From positions 1,380 to 55,521 of the forward strand of contig JAHEYK010000003.1 in NCBI GenBank assembly GCA_023251625.1: DNA of 54,142 bases, read 5' to 3'. The notes beneath the pieces were generated by a model that ran no database searches, had not been told where the DNA came from, and saw only the letters and a program-made list of their open reading frames with translations. Below are positions 34,462 to 43,499 of the stretch, piece by piece. Each line of letters begins with the position of its first letter. Positions within the stretch are counted from its first letter, which is position 1. Both the position numbers and the translations under genes were made by a program. The DNA comes from Bacteroidota bacterium. Its GTDB lineage: Bacteria > Bacteroidota > Bacteroidia > Palsa-948.

Positions 34462-35601
34462 TTATTTGCAAAGTGAAATTGTTTTTATCAAGTTATCCAT
34501 GATCTCATCTATCAAAAAATTATTTCGGACGTACCCAATTGCATTTTGCTTGAATTCATTCAGATCATGGTTATTCATATTAATAACTTCAATCATTGCG
34601 TTCTTTAGTTCACTTGCTTTACCGGGATTAATCAGCCAGCCAGTATTTGGACCTACAAGTATGTTCACGGCACCCACATTTGTAGCAATTACAGAAAGTC
34701 CTGCTGACATTGCTTCGAGAATTACATTTGGCATACCTTCAGCATAGCTGGGACAAACGAGTACATCGCAATTTGAGATGATTTCTATCAATTTTGATCG
34801 TTCAGTTATTTCTCCCCAATATTTCACCTGAGGCAAGCTTAATCTGTGCCTTTTTTCAATATTGCCTACAAAATGAAACTCAAATGTATAGTTTTTATAA
34901 ATATTCTTCAAAGTTAAATTAATTTCCTGAATACCCTTTCGCCTTTCATATCTGCCAACAAAAAGAAATTTTTTGGTGGTTTCTGTTTCCCTGATTCCTG
35001 AAGCAACCCATTCCCTCTCAATTCCAGCAGGAGATTCAATGATCTTTTTCCGATCAATGCCCAGCTTCTGCACCAACTCTGTGATAATGCCTCCATACGA
35101 AAAAACAAAGTCCGCATTCTGAATGTTGAACAAAACAGGTTTGCGGAGCAAAAGGACCTGCTCCAGTTTTGATCTTAACGAAGGCGCTTTCTGGAACATT
35201 TCATAGCCATGAAAATTAACACCCACAGGAGGGCATTTAAATCCTTTGCGCTTTTCATCGATCAGTTTCCAGGCAGTAAATCCCTTCGCATAAATAAAAT
35301 CTACATCACGATTGACTGAAAACAACTTAAATATTCTTTCTGAATAATCAAAAGATTCTCGAATATAATGCCCCGGAGTGGCTCCACATGAAGGAAAATT
35401 AATGACGAAGGAGCGGATGTGTTTTTTCTCCTCTTCTGTAAAAAACTCTAGTTTAGAAATATCATACTTGCTTTGATTTGTATGATACAAGTCAACAAAT
35501 ATTTTATTCTTCGCAAAATATTTGGCAAGGTTAAAAGAATGCTTTTGCATGCCTCCAATCACGTAGGGATAAATACCATCAGTTAGAAGAGCAATTCTCA
35601 T
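34462..35601 (-). CDS. Glycosyltransferase, GT4 family
   Basis: N-terminus MRIALLTDGIYPYVIGGMQKH and C-terminal signature VCPSYAEGMPNVILEAMSAGLSVIATNVGA. Confidence 0.8.
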   Translation of the reverse strand: MRIALLTDGIYPYVIGGMQKHSFNLAKYFAKNKIFVDLYHTNQSKYDISKLEFFTEEEKKHIRSFVINFPSCGATPGHYIRESFDYSERIFKLFSVNRDVDFIYAKGFTAWKLIDEKRKGFKCPPVGVNFHGYEMFQKAPSLRSKLEQVLLLRKPVLFNIQNADFVFSYGGIITELVQKLGIDRKKIIESPAGIEREWVASGIRETETTKKFLFVGRYERRKGIQEINLTLKNIYKNYTFEFHFVGNIEKRHRLSLPQVKYWGEITERSKLIEIISNCDVLVCPSYAEGMPNVILEAMSAGLSVIATNVGAVNILVGPNTGWLINPGKASELKNAMIEVINMNNHDLNEFKQNAIGYVRNNFLIDEIMDNLIKTISLCK

Positions 35602-36743
35602 TTATGAGGATAAATATGATTATACATTGTTTCATACGTGTGCGTGTAGTTTTCTTTAAAAAAAATATTCTTTGCAATTCCGGCAACCCGTTCTTTCTCA
35701 TTCGGCCCGGGCCGTTGAATGTCCCTCGCATCAAATGAGCCGGCAAGATAACCGCAGTCGTGAGTTACAACAAAATCCGAATAATCACCCAAGCCAGAAG
35801 AAATAATCACTTTCAAGCCTACAGCAAGATACTCAGCGAATTTAACGGGAGAAGCAACTGAATTTGTAACAGAGCTCTCCCTGATAAGCAAACCGTAATC
35901 ACAAGAGTTAAGAATGTCCGCAACCTCAGCCTCAGTCACCCATTTGGCCGTAGTTCTTTCAGGATATTTTTTCAGCACAGACATGTTGTCAGGAATAGCT
36001 TTAATCAACATTAACACCTTTGCATTTTCAAGACCTTCCAGGAGATAACACAAAAAATCATCTATCAATTTCAAAGATTGCCAGCCAGCTGATGAGCCTG
36101 AATAAACAAAGACAATATCTTCTGGAGAATATCCCAAAGATGACCTGAGCGCATCCCTCTGTTGTCGTGTTTTGTTGTATTCAAAATACACTGAATTGAG
36201 AGTACAAGGTATAACAACATGTTCGTTCATGTGATAATTGAATTTTTGTTTCCAATATTCAACTAGTTTATTTGAAACAGCAATCCTAAAATCAGAATGA
36301 ATTACTACATTTTTTTCAATTTGAAAAATATTTTTGTTGAGTTGAGCACTTTTAGCCACATCATATTCGTTCAACTCGGCATAGTAGGCTCCCCTGGCAT
36401 CAAAGCAGACTTTATGAATGAATCCGATTTTTTTTAATCCCATAGCGAGTGATGCAGCAAAAGGCCCTCTTGCAATAACTGATTGCTTTCCGATGAATAA
36501 AAAAAGAAAAAACAATAAAAAATAATTCCACTTCCAGTTTTGAGGCATGGGGAACATGGGCAGGACAATGGCAGAGGGCAATACTGAACGAATTCTTTTT
36601 TTATTAGCAGAAAAATCCCTGACAGAGATCAATGATATAAGCCTAATATCTGCATTAAGATCGGTATTTAAAAATCTACAAACATCGATAACCTGACTCG
36701 AATAAATCCCGGATGGAGCATCGTTATAGGTAAGGTAAACCAT
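35598..36743 (-). CDS. Glycosyltransferase-like protein (GT-B fold, divergent)
   Basis: The track start at 36800 is a GTG. The ATG at 36743-36741 (MVYLTYNDAPSGIYSSQV) shares one base with the wecB stop (TGATG). The C-terminal part, GLLIRESSVTNSVASPVKFAEYLAVGLKVI, resembles a GT-B sugar-donor domain. Confidence 0.6.
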   Translation of the reverse strand: MVYLTYNDAPSGIYSSQVIDVCRFLNTDLNADIRLISLISVRDFSANKKRIRSVLPSAIVLPMFPMPQNWKWNYFLLFFLFLFIGKQSVIARGPFAASLAMGLKKIGFIHKVCFDARGAYYAELNEYDVAKSAQLNKNIFQIEKNVVIHSDFRIAVSNKLVEYWKQKFNYHMNEHVVIPCTLNSVYFEYNKTRQQRDALRSSLGYSPEDIVFVYSGSSAGWQSLKLIDDFLCYLLEGLENAKVLMLIKAIPDNMSVLKKYPERTTAKWVTEAEVADILNSCDYGLLIRESSVTNSVASPVKFAEYLAVGLKVIISSGLGDYSDFVVTHDCGYLAGSFDARDIQRPGPNEKERVAGIAKNIFFKENYTHTYETMYNHIYPHK

Positions 36744-37840
36744 CAAAAAAACAGTTTCAATAAAATATTTACAATCCGTTCTGTTGCTTTGCCATCCCAC
36801 AGAGGAGGGATAGCTCCCTTTTTAAATCTCCCCTCCTCTATCTCTTTGATTTTAGCTTCCAGTACAGATAATTCAAATGGCACCAATTCGTTAGTGCCAA
36901 TGGATACCGTGGAAGGCCTTTCGGTATTCGGACGGAGTGTGAGGCATGGCACTTGAAGAAATGTGCTTTCTTCCTGAATACCGCCACTATCCGTTAAAAT
37001 AAATTTGCTGTATTTGATCAGTTTTTGAAATGAAAAATAATCGAGAGGTTCTGTAAGTATCAGGTTTTTGTTACTCAAAAGGTCTTTATATAAATCAAAT
37101 TCAGAAAGTTTTTTAACTGTGCGGGGATGGATGGGGAAAACAATTTTATATTTTTTCGAGACATTATTTATCAGCGTGATTAGTTTCAAAAGGCCTTCCT
37201 TTGAGTCCACAGTTGCAGGACGATGCATGGTCATTAAAACGAATTTTCTCTGTTCTATCTGCAATCTAGTCAATACATCCGAAGATTCTATCTGAGAAGA
37301 AAAAGCCACCATTGTATCGATCATGGTATTCCCAACAAAAAATATATTCTCTTGTACCTTACCTTCTCTGATAAGATTGTCTATCCCGCTTTGTTCTGTT
37401 ACAAAACAATATTCTGCAATATCATCTGTAATAATCCGGTTACTTTCTTCAGGCATAGAATTATCGAAACTTCTCAAACCGCTTTCTACGTGAGCCACTT
37501 TAATGTTCATCTTTTTTGCTGTCAGTGCTGCCACAGCCGTAGAATTCACATCGCCTACAACTAACACCAGTTCTGGATTATATTCCCCAAATATGTTCTC
37601 CATGCCCTTCTTTATCTGATCCATTTGAGTTACTGAATGATCTGTATCGGGATTCAAAAAAACATCAGGTATAATACCAAATTGCTCAAAAAATATTTTA
37701 GACATTTTATCGTCATAGTGCTGTCCGGTGTGAACGATCTTAAATTCTATCCTGTCATTATATTTGCTCAACACCCTTGAAAACTGAGTGATTTTGATAA
37801 AGTTGGGGCGTGTGCCAACTATTATTACTATTCGTTTCAT
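36743..37840 (-). CDS. wecB: UDP-N-acetylglucosamine 2-epimerase (non-hydrolysing) family
   Basis: Motifs MKRIVIIVGTRPNFIK, VHTGQHYD, VVGDVNST, EESNR and TDSGGIQEE. The ATG at 37840 is preferred over the TTG at 37846. Confidence 0.85.
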   Translation of the reverse strand: MKRIVIIVGTRPNFIKITQFSRVLSKYNDRIEFKIVHTGQHYDDKMSKIFFEQFGIIPDVFLNPDTDHSVTQMDQIKKGMENIFGEYNPELVLVVGDVNSTAVAALTAKKMNIKVAHVESGLRSFDNSMPEESNRIITDDIAEYCFVTEQSGIDNLIREGKVQENIFFVGNTMIDTMVAFSSQIESSDVLTRLQIEQRKFVLMTMHRPATVDSKEGLLKLITLINNVSKKYKIVFPIHPRTVKKLSEFDLYKDLLSNKNLILTEPLDYFSFQKLIKYSKFILTDSGGIQEESTFLQVPCLTLRPNTERPSTVSIGTNELVPFELSVLEAKIKEIEEGRFKKGAIPPLWDGKATERIVNILLKLFF

Positions 37841-37879
37841 AAGCAAATCCTTTTCATCAAGCTTATTGATTAATTATTA

Positions 37880-39112
37880 TCATATTAATTCGATCAAATT
37901 ATTGGTTATTTCAGAAAATGAAAAAGCAGAAACATCAAAGTTATAATTATAGGCCAACATATTTTTATTATCAATTATTTTTTGCATGCCTGTTTTTATC
38001 TCATTGGGTAAAATGTGAATTCCTAATTTATTTTTAAAAATAAATTCGGATGTGTTTCCATGATTACCAACATACAAAAAAGGCGTATTCGTTGCTATTA
38101 CTTCAAAAATTTTAGTCGACAAATAGTTAATTGCATAATCAGGATACATCAATAATACATAGTCATAATTTTTAAACTTTGCAAAAAGGAGTTTAGTGTC
38201 TAATGGAGAGTGGTAGGAAACTATATTTCCTAGTCTATACGATTCAAAAATGGCGCGATACTTTGTGGAATCTGTATAAAAATCTAATTGCACCTTACCA
38301 ATATTGTTTTTAAATACTTCACACAATAATTCAATAGATTTATCAAGATGATCATATATAGATCCATAGAAAATTAGACGCAATTTCTCATTGGGTAATT
38401 TTTTTTCACAAGAAATTTCATCAGGGTCAAAAGCATGAGGAAGGAGTATTATTTTTTGAGCGCAAGTAGGATATTCATTTTGCAAATGCTGTTTCATAAC
38501 TTCAGCAGGAACAGTGACATAATCAGACATGGCAATTACAGTGGATTCCTTTTTTTTCTCAAAAGTTTTTTTTGAGGCTGACAAGAAGGGATAACCATAT
38601 CCATGACCCCATGTCCAGGGATCACGAAGATCTGAGATCAGCCTTAATGAAGGAAAATACTTTTTAAGCTTTGTAGAAAAATAATTAAGGTTAAAAGGCG
38701 CCCCCGAACAAATAACCGTCACAATATCATGTTCTTTAATTATTTTTCTTGCATTGTATAACAATTCTTTTTGCCAAAATACAGCCTTGTCATAAATAGT
38801 ACCCTTACTAAAGAAAGGCAATATTTTCAACCAAAACAAATATTGTATTTTTTGAAATAGATTGACTGGTTTTGTTTGAAGTACAGAAGGATATCGTGGG
38901 GCAAGTGGGATGATTATAATATTTTCATTATTCGAAACATCTGAATTCCATAAAGAATATTCATTAAATGGATTCCTAGAACAAATTACATAGACTGTAA
39001 AACCATTGCGGACCAGGTATTTAGCAAACTTTGCCCATCTTCTGCCCGCAATACCCGGATAAGGTGGAAAAACATATGTGATAAGCAAAATATTTTTTTT
39101 ATTGATACTCAT
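37880..39112 (-). CDS. Probable glycosyltransferase (GT4-like N-terminus, divergent)
   Basis: 410 aa. The N-terminus ILLITYVFPPYPGIAGRRWAKFAKYLVRNGFTVYVIC is typical of GT-B enzymes. The C-terminal half is poorly recognisable. Confidence 0.5.
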   Translation of the reverse strand: MSINKKNILLITYVFPPYPGIAGRRWAKFAKYLVRNGFTVYVICSRNPFNEYSLWNSDVSNNENIIIIPLAPRYPSVLQTKPVNLFQKIQYLFWLKILPFFSKGTIYDKAVFWQKELLYNARKIIKEHDIVTVICSGAPFNLNYFSTKLKKYFPSLRLISDLRDPWTWGHGYGYPFLSASKKTFEKKKESTVIAMSDYVTVPAEVMKQHLQNEYPTCAQKIILLPHAFDPDEISCEKKLPNEKLRLIFYGSIYDHLDKSIELLCEVFKNNIGKVQLDFYTDSTKYRAIFESYRLGNIVSYHSPLDTKLLFAKFKNYDYVLLMYPDYAINYLSTKIFEVIATNTPFLYVGNHGNTSEFIFKNKLGIHILPNEIKTGMQKIIDNKNMLAYNYNFDVSAFSFSEITNNLIELI

Positions 39113-39132
39113 GCTCCCTTCATCTCAATAAT

Positions 39133-39906
39133 TTAAAATGATTTAATTGAATATAATTTCTCTTTTAATATCTCCTGGGAGGGAAAATTAACCAATACCG
39201 CTTTATGTATACCATGAAATACAAATAAACTACCTGCCGCAACAGCCGAAGCGCCTTTCAATACCGCTTTCCCAAAATCTGTTACTGAAGAGGCACCTCC
39301 ACAAACTATCACAGGAACTTGAACTGCATTTGCTATCTTTTCTATCAAGTTCAGGTCATAGCCCATATACGTTCCATCGCGGTCAATAGAATTAATAAAA
39401 AGTTCGCCGGCCCCGCTTTGCTCCATTTCTACTGCAAAGTTTACAGGATCATAACCTGTATTTTTTGAACCGTTGTGACTATATACACGATGCTTTCCAA
39501 ATAAATTGATCCTGACATCAATAGAAATTACAATGCTTTGGTTCCCAAACATAGAGGCAGCAGAGGAAATTAATTTTCGATCATTCACCGCCGCTGAATT
39601 GATCGCCACTTTTTCGACACCAAGATTAAAAAGCTTCCTGATATCTTCCAGCGAAGTAATGCCTCCCCCGTAAGTAAGCGGCATAAAACACTCTCCTGCT
39701 AATTCCGCAATGAGTGTAAAATCCGGAGGCCTGTTGTTGGGTGTTGCCGAGATATCAAAAACCGCAATTTCATCTACCTCTTTATCATTAAAAAGTTTGA
39801 CTGTATTCAATGGGTCACCAACATAGATTGGCTTTTTAAATTTCACGGTCTTAACAAGTCCGCCATTTTGTACAAGAAGTACCGGTATAACTCTTATTCT
39901 TGTCAT
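39133..39906 (-). CDS. hisF: HisF-like cyclase subunit paralog (WbuZ/HisF2 type, acetamidino sugar modification)
   Basis: Motifs RVIPVLLV..GGLVKTVKF, DEIAVFDI, PLTYGGGI and GAGELFINSIDRDGT. Its position in a glycan locus next to HisH-like and WbuX-like genes argues against a histidine-biosynthesis role. Confidence 0.8.
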   Translation of the reverse strand: MTRIRVIPVLLVQNGGLVKTVKFKKPIYVGDPLNTVKLFNDKEVDEIAVFDISATPNNRPPDFTLIAELAGECFMPLTYGGGITSLEDIRKLFNLGVEKVAINSAAVNDRKLISSAASMFGNQSIVISIDVRINLFGKHRVYSHNGSKNTGYDPVNFAVEMEQSGAGELFINSIDRDGTYMGYDLNLIEKIANAVQVPVIVCGGASSVTDFGKAVLKGASAVAAGSLFVFHGIHKAVLVNFPSQEILKEKLYSIKSF

Positions 39907-39915
39907 AGTAGAATT

Positions 39916-40527
39916 CTAAAGCCTGACAAAATTTTCAATAAGCTTCATGCCGAATTTATGACTCTTTTCCGGGTGAAACTGCACACCGTATATGTTTTCT
40001 TTTTCTATTGCACAGGCAAAATCATAGCCATAATGTGCAGTCAGCAAAACATCTCCAGGATCTTCGCATTCTAAATGATACGAATGCACAAAATAAAATC
40101 TTGGATCCGGATACATATTCAAAAGCAGTTTACTTTCTTTTCTGAAGAATACATTGCCCCAGCCCATATGAGGTATTTTCAATAAATCGCTATTAGGGAA
40201 TTTAAATTTTACGCAAGCAGCATCTATCCAACCAAGACCCTGCAGCTTTCCTTCTTCACTACTTTTTCCCATCAATTGAAGTCCAACACATATACCAAGG
40301 ACAGGGATTTTACTATCACACACCTGGCTGATCAAAGTTTCTTTGCACCCAGATTCATTGAGTTTAGAAACACAATAATCAAAGGACCCAATACCAGGCA
40401 AGATAAGTTTACGCGCAGACTTAATTACAGAAATATCTTTTGTAATAATAGATTCGGCACCTACTTTCTTAAGCATATTTTTGATAGAAGATAAATTTCC
40501 TACTCCGTAGTCAACAATTGCTATCAT
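39916..40527 (-). CDS. hisH: HisH-like glutamine amidotransferase subunit paralog (WbuY/HisH2 type)
   Basis: Motifs MIAIVDYGVGNLSS, the nucleophile GICVGLQ and HSY/FHPEKS. The ATG at 40527 is preferred over the GTG at 40533. Confidence 0.8.
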   Translation of the reverse strand: MIAIVDYGVGNLSSIKNMLKKVGAESIITKDISVIKSARKLILPGIGSFDYCVSKLNESGCKETLISQVCDSKIPVLGICVGLQLMGKSSEEGKLQGLGWIDAACVKFKFPNSDLLKIPHMGWGNVFFRKESKLLLNMYPDPRFYFVHSYHLECEDPGDVLLTAHYGYDFACAIEKENIYGVQFHPEKSHKFGMKLIENFVRL

Positions 40528-40543
40528 ATACACAACTATTAAT

Positions 40544-42532
40544 TCAGCGTTTATATAGAGGGCGGAAAATCTTTAATATATGAAAATAAAAAGAAAAATA
40601 TTTTTTTTCAGAAAAGAATTCATCATGTTTGCGTATCGGCTGATGCAATATCTGCTCAAATTCGTTTTCTGCCAATCCTAATTTTTTAATCACATATTCT
40701 TTTTCATTTTTTAGGGTCTCAGGGTTATACATATTCTTACTCAATTCATCTAAAGCTTCATTTCTTGTAATTTGTCTGGAACAAATCAGATTTGATAGAT
40801 GTGCTTTTCTTTTATCTATTTCAAATTTTTCAGGAAGAATATATTGCTGATAAAACCGGGTGAAAAGAGATTCATAATGCTTTCCACCATAATCTCTCCA
40901 GTCCAATTTCTGTGCTAAAATATTTTTAACCTCTTTTTGATTGTAGTCTATGTAGTTCAGCAAACGCACTGATTCGGTCTTTAAAAAAAAGAAATTGAAT
41001 ATTTTTTTAACAAAACCCATCCTAGGGAAAGTCTTTAATTTAACCGTTCCAAATCTTTTATGAATACTTTTAATATTCGACCAGTCTGATTTATCCCATG
41101 TCCAGCCTCTGGGCATAATAGCTTCTGTCACATAATTAAATCCGCTGATGATGTATTTAATATGGTGCTTACGCGCAAGGAGATGAAGCGAAGCTAATAT
41201 TGCATGGTCTGTGATCGCTTCAATATCTACTACGGAGGCTTTTAAATAGGCGACCTGCAAGTCCTTGAATTCTTCCCAATTAATGACATAAGTTACCATA
41301 TCGAAATTCAGTTTTTGCAAAATATTTTGAATATTCTGAACGGCCAATTCCGAATTCCAGCCATTATCAAAATGTACTACAAGCGGTCTCAATCCATATT
41401 CCTTGCATAGATATGCCACATAGGAACTGTCAGTTCCTCCGCTTACGCCAAGCAGACAATTATATTTATCATTTTTACCACTCAGCTTTATTCGTTCAAT
41501 AATACTCAGCAATTGCTTCTTTTTTTCTTCCCCGGTTGGCATTGTTTTAACAAGCGCATCATAATTAGTACAATACTCACATATACCATGCTCATTAAAT
41601 TGAATATAAGGATCGTCCTTTGTATCCAAAATACAACGCGTACAAACACGATAACTGGTATTTATTATCTTTTCGGGGAACAACTCCAGTCTATTACTAT
41701 TCATCCTAAAACTATGTTTAACATAGTCCAGGAAAACCAACGGAGACATCCGCTTTTCAAAGGGTGAACCGGAAAATTTTTCCCATATTAATTTGAGATC
41801 TCCTTCATATTTAATAAAATCGGAAAGTGTTTTGTATACCCAAGGGCCATACCCCTTCACATATTGCTTATACTCCTCCTGAACATTCTCAGACCACACA
41901 CTGTAATTAGCCGTAAGATGACTGGTAATGGAAGTAGGAGACAATATTCTGAGGTAAACAGAATTACGCTTATCGCTCCAAATGATTTTTTTATGCCTGT
42001 AATATTTTTCCCAGTACAAATTATGATCGAGCGCAAGCAGTGAAGCAGAAGTATTCACTCCTTTATCTTCTTTAATGCGCTGGATCTCAGCAATAGCGTG
42101 TTCAAATTTATGAATAACGGTATTAGCAAGCCATTCTCTTTTATTCAGGCTTATTTTACCAGTTACAATATCATAAAACGCGTGATAACTGTCCGCATAA
42201 CAGTCAAAGTCAAGCTGCGAAACACGGGTAAGCACAGTAGGTGAAATAAGATCATCGTCATCCAAACGAATAATGTAATCCGGTTTTATCTTTAAAGACT
42301 TCAGATAATCAATAGCAAAAAGGAATTTTTCTTGCTTGGAAATAGCTGGAGTTTTAACAAACTTTAATTTCCCATCTGTTTTATCTTCCTCTCCTATCAA
42401 CAAAGCTTCCCAACTATCATAAGTCTGGCTTTTCATTGCCTTCAAGAAAAGCTCAAAGAGGGATCTTCGCAATGGAGAAAGTAAATCAGAAGGAGTAAGG
42501 GCTATTATAAATAAAAATGATTTTCGATTCAT
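40544..42532 (-). CDS. Fusion protein: N-terminal GT2-like domain (about aa 1-285) plus N-acetyl-sugar amidotransferase (WbuX/WbpG/PseA type PP-loop enzyme)
   Basis: The C-terminal part starts with the zinc-ribbon CTRCILDT..GICEYC, followed by the PP-loop LLGVSGGTDSSYVAYL. The N-terminal part has FLFIIALTPSD and IIRLDDDDLISP (DxD-like). The domain boundary is near 41680. Confidence 0.75.
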   Translation of the reverse strand: MNRKSFLFIIALTPSDLLSPLRRSLFELFLKAMKSQTYDSWEALLIGEEDKTDGKLKFVKTPAISKQEKFLFAIDYLKSLKIKPDYIIRLDDDDLISPTVLTRVSQLDFDCYADSYHAFYDIVTGKISLNKREWLANTVIHKFEHAIAEIQRIKEDKGVNTSASLLALDHNLYWEKYYRHKKIIWSDKRNSVYLRILSPTSITSHLTANYSVWSENVQEEYKQYVKGYGPWVYKTLSDFIKYEGDLKLIWEKFSGSPFEKRMSPLVFLDYVKHSFRMNSNRLELFPEKIINTSYRVCTRCILDTKDDPYIQFNEHGICEYCTNYDALVKTMPTGEEKKKQLLSIIERIKLSGKNDKYNCLLGVSGGTDSSYVAYLCKEYGLRPLVVHFDNGWNSELAVQNIQNILQKLNFDMVTYVINWEEFKDLQVAYLKASVVDIEAITDHAILASLHLLARKHHIKYIISGFNYVTEAIMPRGWTWDKSDWSNIKSIHKRFGTVKLKTFPRMGFVKKIFNFFFLKTESVRLLNYIDYNQKEVKNILAQKLDWRDYGGKHYESLFTRFYQQYILPEKFEIDKRKAHLSNLICSRQITRNEALDELSKNMYNPETLKNEKEYVIKKLGLAENEFEQILHQPIRKHDEFFSEKKYFSFYFHILKIFRPLYKR

Positions 42533-42534
42533 AA

Positions 42535-43464
42535 TTACTTGGAGACAGGTATGTCTTTTATAGCACTCGTTATATATGATTCAAGAGATATGGCAGGGCC
42601 CCAGCAGAGCACCTTCTTAGCCTTGGAAATATCTGCAAAAGTTATCTCCGCCTCCCCTTCCCTTTTTGAAATAAATTCATATTTATCAGATATCATTTTT
42701 GCCACATCCAGAATGCTGTGTGTGGAACTGTGACCAACATTAAAAACATCATTTAGTTTTTCAGGATACACAGCCGCACAGTAATTCGCTTCTGCAACAT
42801 CATACACATGGATAAAATCCCGTTTTTGGGTTCCATCACCAGTGATCAAAAGCGGTTTACCTTCTTTCCATTTATTCAGAAAGATGCCAACAACACTGCT
42901 GTATGCATTAAATGAGTTCTTTGGATTAAAACTTCTTGGTCCATAAGGATTAAAATATCGGAGTGTTACATAATTCAACGGGTATCTCGTTGCGATCAGT
43001 TCCAGATATTTTTCAAACTCATATTTTTGAAAGGCATAAGGATTCATGCAATTTATCTCAGCAGTTTCATCTGTAGGTATCTTTGCAGGATTACCATAAA
43101 TCGCGCTCGATCCGCTGTAAACAAAACGCGGATAATGATTTTCTTTCACCATTAGTTCTATCAGGTGAACTCCTTCTAAAAGATTCGCTCTTACATGTTC
43201 AGAGATCAGGTCAAAACTGGGCTGTATTCGCGGAAGAGCAGCCAGATGAAAAACATAATCAAATTCTTTTAATGAGCTAACATCGCTGCAGTTCTTCTTT
43301 TCAAACTTAAAACGAGGATTGTTGAACTGATGCCGGATGTTATCTTCACTTCCCGTTGAAAAATTATCTATCCCGTGAATTTGCCAATCGGTCCTGGCAA
43401 TAAGATGATCTAAAAGATTTGACCCGATAAATCCTGCTACACCGGTTATAAGTACCCTTTTCAT
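42535..43464 (-). CDS. NAD-dependent epimerase/dehydratase (SDR) family protein
   Basis: Rossmann motif VLITGVAGFIGSNL, SSSAIYG and the YxxxK region YAFQKYEFEK. The ATG at 43464 is preferred over the TTG at 43467. Confidence 0.8.
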   Translation of the reverse strand: MKRVLITGVAGFIGSNLLDHLIARTDWQIHGIDNFSTGSEDNIRHQFNNPRFKFEKKNCSDVSSLKEFDYVFHLAALPRIQPSFDLISEHVRANLLEGVHLIELMVKENHYPRFVYSGSSAIYGNPAKIPTDETAEINCMNPYAFQKYEFEKYLELIATRYPLNYVTLRYFNPYGPRSFNPKNSFNAYSSVVGIFLNKWKEGKPLLITGDGTQKRDFIHVYDVAEANYCAAVYPEKLNDVFNVGHSSTHSILDVAKMISDKYEFISKREGEAEITFADISKAKKVLCWGPAISLESYITSAIKDIPVSK

Positions 43465-43499
43465 CAAAAAATAGTCGTTTTAGCGTATAGCCAAAGTTA

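Noticed and set aside
39133-40527. hisF/hisH as histidine biosynthesis genes
   Set aside because: No other his genes are nearby. The pair is embedded between glycosyltransferases and directly follows a WbuX/WbpG-type amidotransferase. That is the known context of the HisH2/HisF2 acetamidino-modification paralogs.
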